Source of the DNA: a virus
Taxonomy: Duplodnaviria; Caudoviricetes
Direction: 5' to 3' (one strand)
DNA: 39,596 bases
IMG/VR virus record: IMGVR_UViG_3300032250_000450
Span: 1 to 39,596 of that record
Shown here: positions 18,175 to 28,580 of the stretch, one piece after another
How the letters are laid out: the number at the start of each line of letters is the position of its first letter
How positions within the stretch are numbered: the stretch's first letter is position 1
Made by a program: the position numbers and the translations under genes
Notes under the pieces: generated by a model
Databases searched by the model: none
Seen by the model: only the letters and a program-made list of their open reading frames with translations
What the model was told of the DNA's origin: nothing

Positions 18175-19131
18175 TTATTCCGATTCAATTTTGTCTGCAT
18201 GATTTTGAAATTCTTTTAGTACACTTTCAATAGTATCTTCTGGCAGCTCTAGAATGTAGGTAAGATACTCACGTACTTCTTCACTCATGGACATTTCTTT
18301 GTCTAGGATTAGTGCACTATCTGAGTCACGCTTAATAACCTTACGATCAATTAAATCACTATCCTCAAGTTCACCAAGTTCTTGCATATCGCCTTCAACT
18401 TGATAAATTGTATGATCGTAATCAGTTGGTGGTTTAGGGTCATGCACAGCCACTGTCTTGCGAATAAGTTGCGGTAACTGTAGTTTACGCCATTCATGCT
18501 CTAGGCTACGGCTATCCAATATAATAACACCAGTATCTACATTGTGGCGATGAAAGCTAGTAGTAACAGGACTACCAGGATAAAGGATATTTTTCTGAGA
18601 GTTTTCATAGCTGTGCAAGTCACCAGCTAAAACTACTTTCCAAGGAGCAAACAGTTCTAAATCTAGTTCAGGCTTTACGTGTGGTGGAATCTCTCCACGA
18701 GCATGAGTAAAGCATATGTCGCCATAACTAGTGTGTGGCGACTTTTCAAAATCTTTTAGCTTATTGTATGGAATAAAATCCATATTGTCCAAACTATAAA
18801 AATCATCAATAATTTCTACTTTGGGATTTAAGCGATTAGTAACTTGTTTTAAGTTAGATAGGAAAGTTGTGTCCTTTTTAACTGCTTCATGATTTCCAGC
18901 GTATATAATAGTAGGAATCTTACAAGCACTAACTAAATCAAAATATGTCTCTAGTTCTTCCATGTTAGGGAGCTTGTCAAACACATCTCCACCAACTACA
19001 AAAAGATCGCACTCGTCTTGTAGTGCTTCTAGTTGCTGCCATAGCATATTAAACCTATTTTTAGCCCACGAAATAGGTACGTTTTTCTGACCCAATTTGA
19101 TATGGATGTCAGCTGTAAATAATACTTTCAT
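18175..19131 (-). CDS. SbcD/Mre11-like nuclease (T5 D12-like)
   Basis: ADIH, GGDVFD, GNHE, GDLH and YPGS. Confidence 0.93.
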   Translation of the reverse strand: MKVLFTADIHIKLGQKNVPISWAKNRFNMLWQQLEALQDECDLFVVGGDVFDKLPNMEELETYFDLVSACKIPTIIYAGNHEAVKKDTTFLSNLKQVTNRLNPKVEIIDDFYSLDNMDFIPYNKLKDFEKSPHTSYGDICFTHARGEIPPHVKPELDLELFAPWKVVLAGDLHSYENSQKNILYPGSPVTTSFHRHNVDTGVIILDSRSLEHEWRKLQLPQLIRKTVAVHDPKPPTDYDHTIYQVEGDMQELGELEDSDLIDRKVIKRDSDSALILDKEMSMSEEVREYLTYILELPEDTIESVLKEFQNHADKIESE

Positions 19132-19148
19132 ATTCCCTTATATGACAG

Positions 19149-19182
19149 AAAAGCCCGCTAAGCATTTTGTTTAGCGGGCTTT
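19149..19182 (-). terminator. Intrinsic terminator after D11-like gene
   Basis: AAAAGCCCGCTAA...TTAGCGGGCTTT. Confidence 0.8.
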
Positions 19183-19189
19183 AAGTTTT

Positions 19190-19831
19190 TTAACCAAGTT
19201 CTTTTACTGCTTCTTGCTCAGAAGATTCGCCTTCGCCATCTTCATCTTGTTGTGTAGTAATTTTATCCAACAAGGCTTTTACATCTGCTTCTGTAGGACG
19301 AGGAAACTTCTCATCAATATTTTTAGCAGCATCAGCCATAGCACGCTCTTCGTCAGTTAGTGGACGGGGTTTGCAACGCAAAACTTGTAGGGTATACTCA
19401 ACATTAAAAGGCAGTGGGCCTGTCTTTACACGCTTGAATACAACGTCCCAACCTGTATCATAATCAGTAGGGTCACCCAAATCTTCAGCCGCTGTAACGA
19501 TTTGTTCAAATAACTTCTTTTTCAAGTTAAGAGCAACAACTTTTTGCGACTTAGGGTCAATACAATTTACAGAATAACTCCAAGAGCATTTTGCTTCTGG
19601 AAAGTACTCAGTAACATGATCTTTTTCAATATTATCAAACTTTTCTTTTTCACGACTAAACGCCAGACATTCAACTGGAATATCTTTGTTATTTGTGCCT
19701 TTCAGCCAATAAATGTATCGTGGAAGAACTCCGCCAATTAAACGGACTGTGTTTTCGCCATCTTTGTATTCATAAGATTCGACTTTGTTTGATTGTGCTT
19801 TACCTTTGGTATTTTTAAAGCTAAGTGCCAT
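19190..19831 (-). CDS. Single-stranded DNA-binding protein (T5 D11-like)
   Basis: GVLPRYIYW, ECL.F.R.KE.F and DPTD...GWD; acidic tail; synteny. Confidence 0.85.
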   Translation of the reverse strand: MALSFKNTKGKAQSNKVESYEYKDGENTVRLIGGVLPRYIYWLKGTNNKDIPVECLAFSREKEKFDNIEKDHVTEYFPEAKCSWSYSVNCIDPKSQKVVALNLKKKLFEQIVTAAEDLGDPTDYDTGWDVVFKRVKTGPLPFNVEYTLQVLRCKPRPLTDEERAMADAAKNIDEKFPRPTEADVKALLDKITTQQDEDGEGESSEQEAVKELG

Positions 19832-19833
19832 TT

Positions 19834-20217
19834 TTAATTTTCCTCGTATTTGAAATGAATTTTGTTTTCTGTTATTTTTAGTAGCGGATTTGATCTTATT
19901 GCGTTTAGGTCAATATCTGAATAAAAAGATAGGTCTAGATATGTATAACCGTAATGTTTGTATATGGCGTAAGTTCTACGCCCCGCTAATCTTATGTATT
20001 GTGCTTTGTGTACAATATCTGTGCTGGTATCAGTAAATAGGGCTGCAGGGTTTATTAGAAAACTATTACCTTTTAAGTTAAAAATCGGTTTGATTTTACT
20101 GTATTGATTTTTAGGAATAGATTTTCTAATAAAGTGCAATCTTAAAGTTTCAACTAGTTTTACGGAGTCGCATTGTGTTGTGGACTCAAGCAATCCAAGA
20201 TTGAAGAAAAGGGTCAT
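19834..20217 (-). CDS. Conserved T5-like hypothetical protein
   Basis: GNSFLINP...Y.RLAGRR...NPLL motif; lies between D10- and D11-like genes. Confidence 0.7.
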   Translation of the reverse strand: MTLFFNLGLLESTTQCDSVKLVETLRLHFIRKSIPKNQYSKIKPIFNLKGNSFLINPAALFTDTSTDIVHKAQYIRLAGRRTYAIYKHYGYTYLDLSFYSDIDLNAIRSNPLLKITENKIHFKYEEN

Positions 20218-20236
20218 ATACTGAAACTTAATAAAT

Positions 20237-20265
20237 ATTATACCATTTTAGATATTATTTGACAA
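20237..20265 (-). promoter_or_regulatory. sigma70 promoter
   Basis: AAATTTCAC-TTGTCA-17 nt-TATAAT with TGg. Confidence 0.8.
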
Positions 20266-20277
20266 GTGAAATTTTAA

Positions 20278-21570
20278 CTACGCTAACACTTTCCAGCCTT
20301 TGCGGAGATAAAGCCCTAACCTATCTGTGTTTTGCTTCTTATCAGCGTATCCAGCAAATTGAATATCTACTATAATTGGGTCTAGTTTACCGTCATGCAT
20401 TCGCATAATCCTACCAGCAATTTGTTCTAGTAAACTATCGTTTGACATTGGTACTGCTAAAATTACGCAACTAAGGATGTTGATTGAAATTCCCTCTGAA
20501 AATATTTGCCTGCTTCCAGCAATGCACATTTTTTCTTTGGCAAGGATTTGAGCTTTTGCTCTTTGTCGATCTTCAAAACTGGTGTTCCCAGTAACCAACA
20601 AACACGTTTCACCAACATAGTCTTTTACCTTTTCTAAGAATTCTACTCTATCAGCAATAACTAAAACACTATGCCCTTCAGCAACGTGCATTTTAGCTAT
20701 GTCTGCAATAAACTGTCTGTACTTGTCATCTTGGGTAAGATCGGTAATTTTGTCTACCCAGGTTGCATTAGGTTTAAGTGTAATGCCACTTTTTACCATA
20801 TGTATGGTAGGAGGTATTGTATTAGATACTGGAGGCTTTAATACTACAGTACCAAAATAGTCTTTGAATAAAATATGCTTGCCATCTTTGCGAATCATAG
20901 TTCCACTAAGGGCGATTCGGTAACGGGCATGGAAAGCATCAATTGTTCCTGCAAAAGTTGTAGCAGGACAATGATGTGCTTCGTCTAGTATAACTGTACC
21001 AAATTCTTTGGCAAGTTCTGCAGTATGTTTTACAAGTGTTTGTATATTAGCAACTGTAATAAAATGATCTTCGTGATCTAATTCACCGCCACCAATAACA
21101 CCACACTCACAACCAAACAGTGTACGAACTTCTTCTACCCACTGATCTCTAAGAGCCGCTGTGTGGGTAATAACTAAAGTTTTCTGCCCAAACTTTCTGG
21201 CAAGATGTAGCGCAGTAAAAGTCTTACCCCAACCTGGTAGTGCATTGATAAAGCACGTATCATTTACTTCGTTGTAGATAGTTTGTTGATCTTCGTAAAG
21301 CTCAAATTTAGGGTCGGGAAATGGAACAGGAACTAAAACTCGTTTATCTATGATTTCATAGTCTTTGGGAATTAAATCCGTTCGCCCTTGCGGAATAGAT
21401 AAAATACCCTTGATTAACGACTTGTAATTCTTGATAGTTTCTACACTAGCAAATTTCTTTGAACCAGTATCTTTGTGAATTTTATACGTAAGAGATTTAA
21501 TTACGTGTTTGGTATGCTCTACGCCAGGATTATCAATGTAAATTCTATTACTAATCACTGCTTTTGCCAT
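20278..21570 (-). CDS. SF2 helicase (T5 D10 / UvsW-like)
   Basis: PGWGKT, DEAHH, LSGT, SEGIS and QIAGRIMR. Start MAKAV forms a TAATG overlap. Confidence 0.9.
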   Translation of the reverse strand: MAKAVISNRIYIDNPGVEHTKHVIKSLTYKIHKDTGSKKFASVETIKNYKSLIKGILSIPQGRTDLIPKDYEIIDKRVLVPVPFPDPKFELYEDQQTIYNEVNDTCFINALPGWGKTFTALHLARKFGQKTLVITHTAALRDQWVEEVRTLFGCECGVIGGGELDHEDHFITVANIQTLVKHTAELAKEFGTVILDEAHHCPATTFAGTIDAFHARYRIALSGTMIRKDGKHILFKDYFGTVVLKPPVSNTIPPTIHMVKSGITLKPNATWVDKITDLTQDDKYRQFIADIAKMHVAEGHSVLVIADRVEFLEKVKDYVGETCLLVTGNTSFEDRQRAKAQILAKEKMCIAGSRQIFSEGISINILSCVILAVPMSNDSLLEQIAGRIMRMHDGKLDPIIVDIQFAGYADKKQNTDRLGLYLRKGWKVLA

Positions 21571-22100
21571 TATACTAGCCTCCACGTGTCTTTTTGTGGA
21601 TATTCGTAGTATCCGTAAAATAAATAACTGTTGTCCATATATAAAACTCCTGCGTACTGGTGATAGCTTTCAGGCTGAATCATAGTTTTGAATCTGTGAG
21701 ACACACCTTCTAGTTCTAATACACACCCTATGCCATCCGCAGGTAACACTTTAGTAATCTTCTTTGTTGTCAGTTTGGCGCGTGTGGTTTTTTTATGTTG
21801 AAAAACCTGTCCGTGGCTGTCTATAAACCACGTTGTGGATTTTGCTAACTTAATAATGTCTACAAGAAAGTATACTGCTGAACTTATAGGGAATAACGTT
21901 GCTTTACTTTGCAAAGCGAGTCTGCGTAAGCCTAAAGTTGGCTTATCTATGGACTTATCGTCTACGAACCTATAATTTGTTGTGTGTTCAGCAGTATCCT
22001 TATCACTATATTCTGATTTATAGTACACTATGCCATTTTCTTGCTCAGGCTGTTTTTCACCCAGTCTGAATACGGGAAATACGATCTCCTGCAACTTCAT
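21570..22100 (-). CDS. Conserved T5-like hypothetical protein
   Basis: FPVFRL...DDKS....TLGLRRL...FIDS.G motif; position between pol and D10; start MKLQE behind AAGGA. Confidence 0.7.
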   Translation of the reverse strand: MKLQEIVFPVFRLGEKQPEQENGIVYYKSEYSDKDTAEHTTNYRFVDDKSIDKPTLGLRRLALQSKATLFPISSAVYFLVDIIKLAKSTTWFIDSHGQVFQHKKTTRAKLTTKKITKVLPADGIGCVLELEGVSHRFKTMIQPESYHQYAGVLYMDNSYLFYGYYEYPQKDTWRLV

Positions 22101-24345
22101 AGTATCCTTCCCAGTCGCCAAAGCTATAGTCATTGCCTACGTCTTGGTCAACTCCAATAGGGAATCCATTAATAGAACAACCCCAGTCATGTTGAGTATT
22201 GCGTTTTAAAATTTCGCAATAAGCACCCACATCAGATTCTTTTACTAGTGCAACAATAGAGTCATGTACTAGCATGAAGATATTTGCGTCAATGCCTTTT
22301 GCTTTAATTTCGTCAGCAGTTCGCATTGCACCGAGTAAATTAACGTCTGAGGCAAGGCTTTGTACTTCGGCATTGATTCCTGAGCGTACTTCATGTGCTG
22401 CAATACCTTTATCTGAGCTAAAGACATTTGGTAAGCGGCGTTTTCTACCAAAGAATGAGTATGTGTATCCATTTTGTTCAATAAATGATTTGCGTGTGTC
22501 TAACCAGTTTTTTAATTTACTAAATTTCTTAAAGTATTGTTTAATATCGTCTCTAGCGCGATCTACTGGATAATCTTCGCCAGTGGCTTTTGATACAGTT
22601 TGAGATACTTTATTAGCACCACTTCCATACAAAATACCAAAACTAATGGCTTTAGCTGATTGACGCATATTTCCGTACTTTTTCTTAACATCCTCAACCG
22701 CACAAGGTAAATCAAATACCATCTTAGCAATAGTTGAGTGAAAGTCTCCGCCACTGGAGAATACTTCTTGTAGATTCTTATCACCCGATAACACAGCAGC
22801 ATAATACATCTCTGCTGTGGTCAAATCTTGCGATACAATCTTGTAGCCTGCTGGAGCCTTGATACAGCCTTTGATAATAGGATTGTCGCGAGGTATTTGC
22901 TGAGCGTTGAACTTGCCAGAACTACTAAGCCTACCGCTAGTAGTAAATATAAGATTAAAATTTGTACGAATACGACCATCACGATCAAGTTCTGGTAAAA
23001 TCTTAGAAATATAGGTATTTTGGATTTTTCCAAGTTGTCGCACCTTTAAAATCGCCGCTGGAAGCGGATGCTCTTCTGAAAGTTGTTCTAAGACTTCAGC
23101 ATCAGTTGAGACTGCTCCTGTTGCTGTCTTTTTTCCAGTGGGATTAAGTCCAAGATAGTCAAAAAGAACAACCCGTAACTGCATAACGCTATTAGGATTA
23201 AAGATTTTACCAGTATCTTTTTCAAACTGTTTAACTTCGTCGAATCCATACACTACCTGCTTGGCTTTTTCAATTTCTTCGTCAAGATATAGGTTAGCAG
23301 CAGCCATTCTGTCTTGACTAATAGGGATTCCTACTTCTTCCATGTCCATTAAGAACAGTGTGCCAGGAATCAAAATCGTTTCATATACGAAACGTAGTTT
23401 ATCGTTTTTCTGGACGATAGGCCAGAATTTCATAAATAAGTCGTATGTTACGGCAGTATCAATACTAGCATAACGACTAATAGTATCAAATGGAATAAGG
23501 TCATAAGTAAAGTCGTCTTGTAAAACGCCATTCTTAGCACAATACTCTTTTTTGAAATCATCTAATTCTGAATCATAATCACCATAGTCTGTATACTTGA
23601 GTGCAAGTTGTTTTAAACCATGACTATCGGTTTCATCTAATACATAGTGCATAACCATTGTATCATGAACTTTGCTACGATTAAATGTAAGTCCTAAATG
23701 ATAGGCTAACATTTTATAGTCAAATTTCATGTTATGGAATACAATAACAAAGCTATCACAAATCTTTTGTAATAAGCCTACACATTCTTCATCCATAGCG
23801 TCACATAGTATGTAACGACCATGTTTAGATTTATAACTAACGGAAACGCCAAGCACATACCCATCACGAGGGTAAAGCCCAGTTGTTTCAGTATCTAGTG
23901 CTACATAACCTTGAGCATTTTCAAGCACTTCGGTTAAAAACTCACGGGCTTCATCTGCATTATTAATACCTTTAAAATCGCCTTCAGTTGCTGGGCGTAA
24001 AGTACCTTCTATGTATTTATGTATGCGATCACAAGCACGCTGAAAATCTGGTTTACCTTCTGGCTTAAAAGCTAGCATTGCAGGGTTTGATATAGCAATG
24101 AATTTATCTGCAACTAATTGACCTGCCATGTTAGTTACCGAAGTAATTTTAGCATATTCTTTGGCAGCTTCTGCACCTACAAGAATAACATAGTCATAAG
24201 GCTCTAAGTCTACATCTAAGTCTACATCTTTTTTAAGTAGCTTAGTAATAGGAACTGAACTCATATGATAATGGTCAAAATCAAAGTTAAAGTACTCTTT
24301 ATAACGAGTACGATTAGGGGCTTTATCAATTAATGCAATTTTCAT
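22057..24345 (-). CDS. polA: Family A DNA polymerase with 3'-5' exonuclease (T5-like)
   Basis: LDTETTG, HNMKFD, YASID, SGRLSS, DLTTAEM, motif B RQSAKAISFGILYG and VHDS. Confidence 0.95.
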   Translation of the reverse strand: MKIALIDKAPNRTRYKEYFNFDFDHYHMSSVPITKLLKKDVDLDVDLEPYDYVILVGAEAAKEYAKITSVTNMAGQLVADKFIAISNPAMLAFKPEGKPDFQRACDRIHKYIEGTLRPATEGDFKGINNADEAREFLTEVLENAQGYVALDTETTGLYPRDGYVLGVSVSYKSKHGRYILCDAMDEECVGLLQKICDSFVIVFHNMKFDYKMLAYHLGLTFNRSKVHDTMVMHYVLDETDSHGLKQLALKYTDYGDYDSELDDFKKEYCAKNGVLQDDFTYDLIPFDTISRYASIDTAVTYDLFMKFWPIVQKNDKLRFVYETILIPGTLFLMDMEEVGIPISQDRMAAANLYLDEEIEKAKQVVYGFDEVKQFEKDTGKIFNPNSVMQLRVVLFDYLGLNPTGKKTATGAVSTDAEVLEQLSEEHPLPAAILKVRQLGKIQNTYISKILPELDRDGRIRTNFNLIFTTSGRLSSSGKFNAQQIPRDNPIIKGCIKAPAGYKIVSQDLTTAEMYYAAVLSGDKNLQEVFSSGGDFHSTIAKMVFDLPCAVEDVKKKYGNMRQSAKAISFGILYGSGANKVSQTVSKATGEDYPVDRARDDIKQYFKKFSKLKNWLDTRKSFIEQNGYTYSFFGRKRRLPNVFSSDKGIAAHEVRSGINAEVQSLASDVNLLGAMRTADEIKAKGIDANIFMLVHDSIVALVKESDVGAYCEILKRNTQHDWGCSINGFPIGVDQDVGNDYSFGDWEGYYEVAGDRISRIQTG

Positions 24346-24375
24346 TTTAATACTTTCTTATAGCGTATTTAGCTA

Positions 24376-25230
24376 TTATTTAGTTATATATTCGGCAATA
24401 GATCTTACTTCGAGCATATCAAGCTCACCTGGATCTCTGTCATCAGGTAGCTTAATAATCTCAACAATAAAGTTGTCTGCTTCAATTAGAGGTTTTAATG
24501 CTTTGGCAGCTTTATCGCCTGCCTCGTCACCATCAAATAAAAGATATATATGAGTAATACCTTGTGCTTTAAACGGCAAAAGTTTTTGTTTTGTGTCATT
24601 TTGTAGAGTGTTTGTGCCAAAGGCACACACTACATTCTCTAAACCTTTATCATAAAGATTTAGCATATCAAATACGCCTTCCACAATTACCATTGACTGG
24701 TATCCGCTTGGAAGACTTGCTGGAAATACTGGCATTGTAACACCACTAGGGTAATTAATGTATCTAGGATTTCCGTTTGATAGTGTATGTCTGCCTACAA
24801 ATACTACTATTTTTCCAGTAATATCTCGAATAGGAAAAACAATTCTATCTTGTAGTTTTTCAACTATGTTTGTATAAAATGCCCCAAAGTATTTTAAAGT
24901 TTGAGGACTTATTCCACGGAACTGCTTTAGGTAAGGAGTATGCCCGTTAGGTAACTCTAATCCTAAGTGGCCTGTTCTTAGCTCATTTAACTTTTCCTTG
25001 AGTGCCGCAATTTTCATAGGTACAGGGTTAGTAAAAACCCCGTAATATTTAAATAAGTTTGTTTTGAAGCCACAACTAAAGCAATGAGCAACACCAGTAA
25101 CACGATCTACACGAAAACTAGGATTGGAATCCTCGTGATCTGGGTTTAAGCACTTAATAAGGTAGTCACGGCCTGACACGCTAAATGCTAAACTGTTTTT
25201 ATTAATTAGTTCTAGTACTGGATCGCTCAT
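24376..25230 (-). CDS. DnaG-like primase (Zn finger + TOPRIM)
   Basis: CLNPDH...CFSC, VEGVFD, FGT, FDGDEAG and DPG. Confidence 0.92.
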   Translation of the reverse strand: MSDPVLELINKNSLAFSVSGRDYLIKCLNPDHEDSNPSFRVDRVTGVAHCFSCGFKTNLFKYYGVFTNPVPMKIAALKEKLNELRTGHLGLELPNGHTPYLKQFRGISPQTLKYFGAFYTNIVEKLQDRIVFPIRDITGKIVVFVGRHTLSNGNPRYINYPSGVTMPVFPASLPSGYQSMVIVEGVFDMLNLYDKGLENVVCAFGTNTLQNDTKQKLLPFKAQGITHIYLLFDGDEAGDKAAKALKPLIEADNFIVEIIKLPDDRDPGELDMLEVRSIAEYITK

Positions 25231-25231
25231 T

Positions 25232-26620
25232 TTAATTCCATGGTAAGTCAGATGCTGTGTCGTCTTGTTTTAAATCTGCGGTATTGGCTTTCTTCCCAGC
25301 TTTCTTAACAGTTTCCTTAGCGGCTGGTTTATCCACTGACTGTGGGCTAATGCGTAAAGTGTCCCAGTCAATCGGGCACGTAAATGCCATTTCCTTGCCG
25401 CCTCGAATCTTTGTTGTTTCAAAGCTGATCGCATTGGTCTCTTTATCATGCGCTTCCATCGTAAGGGCGATATCTGCCGCATCCAGGATGCCCTTGGCGA
25501 AACGCGCCTCACCTGTGGCATCGATTTGGTACGGAGATACCATAACGATCTCGTACTTTCGCGCAAGATTTTTGAGCTTCTTGGATATTTCAATTTGTGG
25601 TTTCCAATCATATTGATCTGCACCTTCTAGTACAATTTGATTAATGTAGTCAACTACTGCTACTTTTAACTTATCGCCAAACTTTGCTTTGGCTTTGCCA
25701 ATGTGCAAGTCGATTGAGCTTAGGGTCAAGTCTCGGTCATCTACAATAATCATTTGATTATCTGCTTTAAGTTGATGGTTTCGTACTAAATGTTCTTCAA
25801 ATTTAAATCTATCACGATGACGCATAAATTCTCCAACAGTAGAATCAGCATCTTGGAACATATTTGCTCTGGCTTTTACTACTCGGAGAACTTCGTCATC
25901 TGTTAATTTGTGTTGTTTTAAGTTTTGTAGGTTCACATTAGCTAAAATAGCTAAATTGCGTTCCATTGTTTCTTGAGCTGTCATCTCAATAGAAAAATAA
26001 ATACTACTGTTACCAGACTCGTACTGATTAACAAATATATTACTAGACGTAATAGACTTTCCCGAACCCCTTTTGCCACCAATAAGGATAAGCTCTTGTC
26101 TAGCAACACCGCCGAGAACAGCATCAAAAGTATTATTAAGGCCAAGGTAAACACGTTCTTTTTCCAATTCATCAGGATGGCGAAACATCATCATGTCAGC
26201 CATAGTAAATACTTTTTCACTAGTATGAGTTTTTTCTTCTATTGTTAGTGCAATGTTTGCTAAGTTATCTTTTATTTCGTTTGAATCGTAAAGCGGTAGT
26301 TTGTCTACAAATTTGTCTAATAATTTTACCGTTTCATTTTGTGTATACTGATCGATTAGCGCATCAAGCGCAACCTCAGCTGAAACGTCAGGAACCTCGG
26401 TTAAACGGAGAGTTGCTAACGTCTTGGACGCTGGACCCTCCCTTAAGGTTATTTCGAGATCGTCAAATGACGGTACAGCGCTGTATTTCTCATAATACTT
26501 ATTTATAGCACCGTACAAGGAAGAGTATGCAGCGTCCAAAAATACTAATTTGAGTTTAGCCCAGATATCTAGGTTTCTCTCACTTAGCAATTTATTTAAG
26601 ACTACTGCTGATGTATCCAA
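25232..26620 (-). CDS. DnaB-like replicative helicase (T5-like)
   Basis: GKRGSGKS, FSIEM, VVDYINQ, SPYQ, ARFAKGILDAAD and KIR; TTG start. Confidence 0.92.
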   Translation of the reverse strand: MDTSAVVLNKLLSERNLDIWAKLKLVFLDAAYSSLYGAINKYYEKYSAVPSFDDLEITLREGPASKTLATLRLTEVPDVSAEVALDALIDQYTQNETVKLLDKFVDKLPLYDSNEIKDNLANIALTIEEKTHTSEKVFTMADMMMFRHPDELEKERVYLGLNNTFDAVLGGVARQELILIGGKRGSGKSITSSNIFVNQYESGNSSIYFSIEMTAQETMERNLAILANVNLQNLKQHKLTDDEVLRVVKARANMFQDADSTVGEFMRHRDRFKFEEHLVRNHQLKADNQMIIVDDRDLTLSSIDLHIGKAKAKFGDKLKVAVVDYINQIVLEGADQYDWKPQIEISKKLKNLARKYEIVMVSPYQIDATGEARFAKGILDAADIALTMEAHDKETNAISFETTKIRGGKEMAFTCPIDWDTLRISPQSVDKPAAKETVKKAGKKANTADLKQDDTASDLPWN

Positions 26621-26622
26621 GA

Positions 26623-26922
26623 TTACCCTACTTTCGATTCGTTGTCAATAATAACTTGGTCAATAATTTCTGTGACTTTATAGAGAATAGACTCTCTTAA
26701 TTTTTTAATATCTTGTTGATAAGCAGTATCTTTGTCATACAATAAACTCAACTGCTCATGCGTAATTAGTTGTTGCAAGCCAAAATAGATATGATCGTAT
26801 GCCATCGTAGATTCGGGCATAATTTCTATTTGTGCGGTTTTGCCGTAGTTGTGAACGGCTTGTTTGACAACTTCTTCTATGGTAAAAGAGTCGTTGTCAT
26901 GGTATGTAATTGTAACCTTCAT
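26623..26922 (-). CDS. Hypothetical protein
   Basis: 99-aa ORF filling the gap in the operon. Confidence 0.65.
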   Translation of the reverse strand: MKVTITYHDNDSFTIEEVVKQAVHNYGKTAQIEIMPESTMAYDHIYFGLQQLITHEQLSLLYDKDTAYQQDIKKLRESILYKVTEIIDQVIIDNESKVG

Positions 26923-26939
26923 CTTCGACTCGCTAAAGT

Positions 26940-26974
26940 AAAAAAGGCCGGGAGCTTTTTAAGAACTCCCGACC
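26940..26974 (-). terminator. Intrinsic terminator after D5-like gene
   Basis: Minus strand GGTCGGGAGTTCTTAAAAAGCTCCCGGCCTTTTTT. Confidence 0.75.
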
Positions 26975-26993
26975 AATCGTTTATAAAACTAGA

Positions 26994-27740
26994 TTAAGCA
27001 GCAGCTTTGGCTTCTGCTTTAGCTTTTTTAGCAGCACCATCATAGTCAGCAACTTTGATGCCACGACGTGTCAACAGAGTACGAAGACCACGTTCTGTTT
27101 TGTCAACAGCTTTAGCAATGTCAGCAACAGTCATAGAGCTGATCTTGTCGCCCAAGGCAGTCACAGGATCAACAGTCTCTTTAGCATGAGAAACACGCTG
27201 TGCGGGAATCTTAGCAATTTGACCTTTGCGTGTCAGACTCAAAGCCTTGCCACGGACAGAAGCAACTGTCTTGTTCAGGGCAGTAGCAATATCTTCGATA
27301 AAGCTACCACTGTCAGCCATAGCAATAAACTTAGACTCTTCAGCTTCAGTATATGTACGAGCCACTTCAACTTTTTCAGCTGGCTTGACAGAGCCTGTCA
27401 ATTCCAAAGCCAACAGTTTACCTTGGATTTGTTTTGGTGTGAATTTGCCACCAGCAAATGTTTCAGCGATTTCTTTGTATGTCAAAGCGCCAGCGTTGTT
27501 AACAACGAAGTCTGACAATTCTGCGCTTTCGTCAGGTGTAAATGCGCTTGTCTTTTCTTTAGCCATAGATGCCACTTCGCAGTCAAGTTGACGCAATTTA
27601 GAGGCAACAGAACGAGTTGTGAAACCCAAAGATTCTGCGGCACGTTCCACAGTATCAACGCTAACAGGTGATTGTCCGTTAACGATGCTCATCAATTGGT
27701 CAATAGCTTCGTCCGACCATTTTTTAGCTTTTTCAGTCAT
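26994..27740 (-). CDS. DNA-binding transcription regulator (T5 D5-like)
   Basis: RSVASKLR, KQIQGKLL.LELTGSVKP, RGKALSL and RRGIKVADYDGAAKKAK recognised as D5-like. Confidence 0.85.
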   Translation of the reverse strand: MTEKAKKWSDEAIDQLMSIVNGQSPVSVDTVERAAESLGFTTRSVASKLRQLDCEVASMAKEKTSAFTPDESAELSDFVVNNAGALTYKEIAETFAGGKFTPKQIQGKLLALELTGSVKPAEKVEVARTYTEAEESKFIAMADSGSFIEDIATALNKTVASVRGKALSLTRKGQIAKIPAQRVSHAKETVDPVTALGDKISSMTVADIAKAVDKTERGLRTLLTRRGIKVADYDGAAKKAKAEAKAAA

Positions 27741-28494
27741 TTTTGTTTTCTTTCAAGAAAGTATTTAAGTTTGTGATAATTGTAATACCGAGAGACTCGG
27801 CTTTTTTGCGTTTTGAACTACCTTTATCTTCTTCATCAACTAAATAATTTGTAGCTTTAGTTACAGATTCTACTGGTGTGTAGCCCGCCTCTTCTAATAA
27901 TTTGTAGGCTTCTGCTTTAGTTTTATAAGATGATAATTTTCCTGTGATACAAATAGTTTTTTGATTAGTACTTGTATTGGAATTCTTTTGAGATTTAAAC
28001 GAGAAAGGCAAAAACTCTCTCATCTCTTGGAAATCAGTCTCAAGCCAAGATACTAGGTTTTGAGTAACCTTATCGCCTAGTCCAGCTTGCTTGCAAGTAG
28101 TGTAACTGATCTCGTCTACAGATGTAACTACTTCACACAATTTCTTACTTGCTGTTGAACCAACCAAGGGAATCGAAAAACTAGCAATTACTGTGGCTAA
28201 ATCAGCAGACTTGCTGCGTTCGATTTCATCCAGTAGTTTTAATGCTACTTTTTCGCTACCAAGAGTTTCAACAACTTGTTCTGCATCAAGATAAAACAAT
28301 TCAGTAATATCTGATAGACCAAGTTTTTCCACTGTGCGAGAACCCATACCCTTAATACCAAGAGTCTTACAGAAGTGTTCGACCTTTTTATTTAACTGAG
28401 CACCGCAAGCCGTGTTTCTACAAAAGAGCTGATCGTTGACCAGTTCTAAAGGATAATCGCAGCAGGGGCATTCGGTTGGTATTTCGATTCTCAT
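27733..28494 (-). CDS. NAD+-dependent DNA ligase, C-terminal subunit (Zn finger, HhH, BRCT)
   Basis: CPCC...FCRN..C, GIKGMG, IPLVG, ITGKL and SSK.KKA..LGI. Confidence 0.92.
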   Translation of the reverse strand: MRIEIPTECPCCDYPLELVNDQLFCRNTACGAQLNKKVEHFCKTLGIKGMGSRTVEKLGLSDITELFYLDAEQVVETLGSEKVALKLLDEIERSKSADLATVIASFSIPLVGSTASKKLCEVVTSVDEISYTTCKQAGLGDKVTQNLVSWLETDFQEMREFLPFSFKSQKNSNTSTNQKTICITGKLSSYKTKAEAYKLLEEAGYTPVESVTKATNYLVDEEDKGSSKRKKAESLGITIITNLNTFLKENKND

Positions 28495-28519
28495 AGTTTA
28501 TTTATCAATTTAAGTATCT

Positions 28520-28548
28520 ATTATACTAGATTAAGTCGCCTAGGACAA
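28520..28548 (-). promoter_or_regulatory. sigma70 promoter between the split ligase genes
   Basis: AAATTTTCAC-TTGTCC-17 nt-TATAAT. Confidence 0.75.
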
Positions 28549-28580
28549 GTGAAAATTTCTTTTGCCCTTGGCTAAAAATT

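Noticed and set aside
12323-26620. Inteins, introns or homing endonucleases in RNR, polymerase or helicases
   Set aside because: Lengths are normal and motifs contiguous; no intein or HNH/LAGLIDADG signatures were seen.
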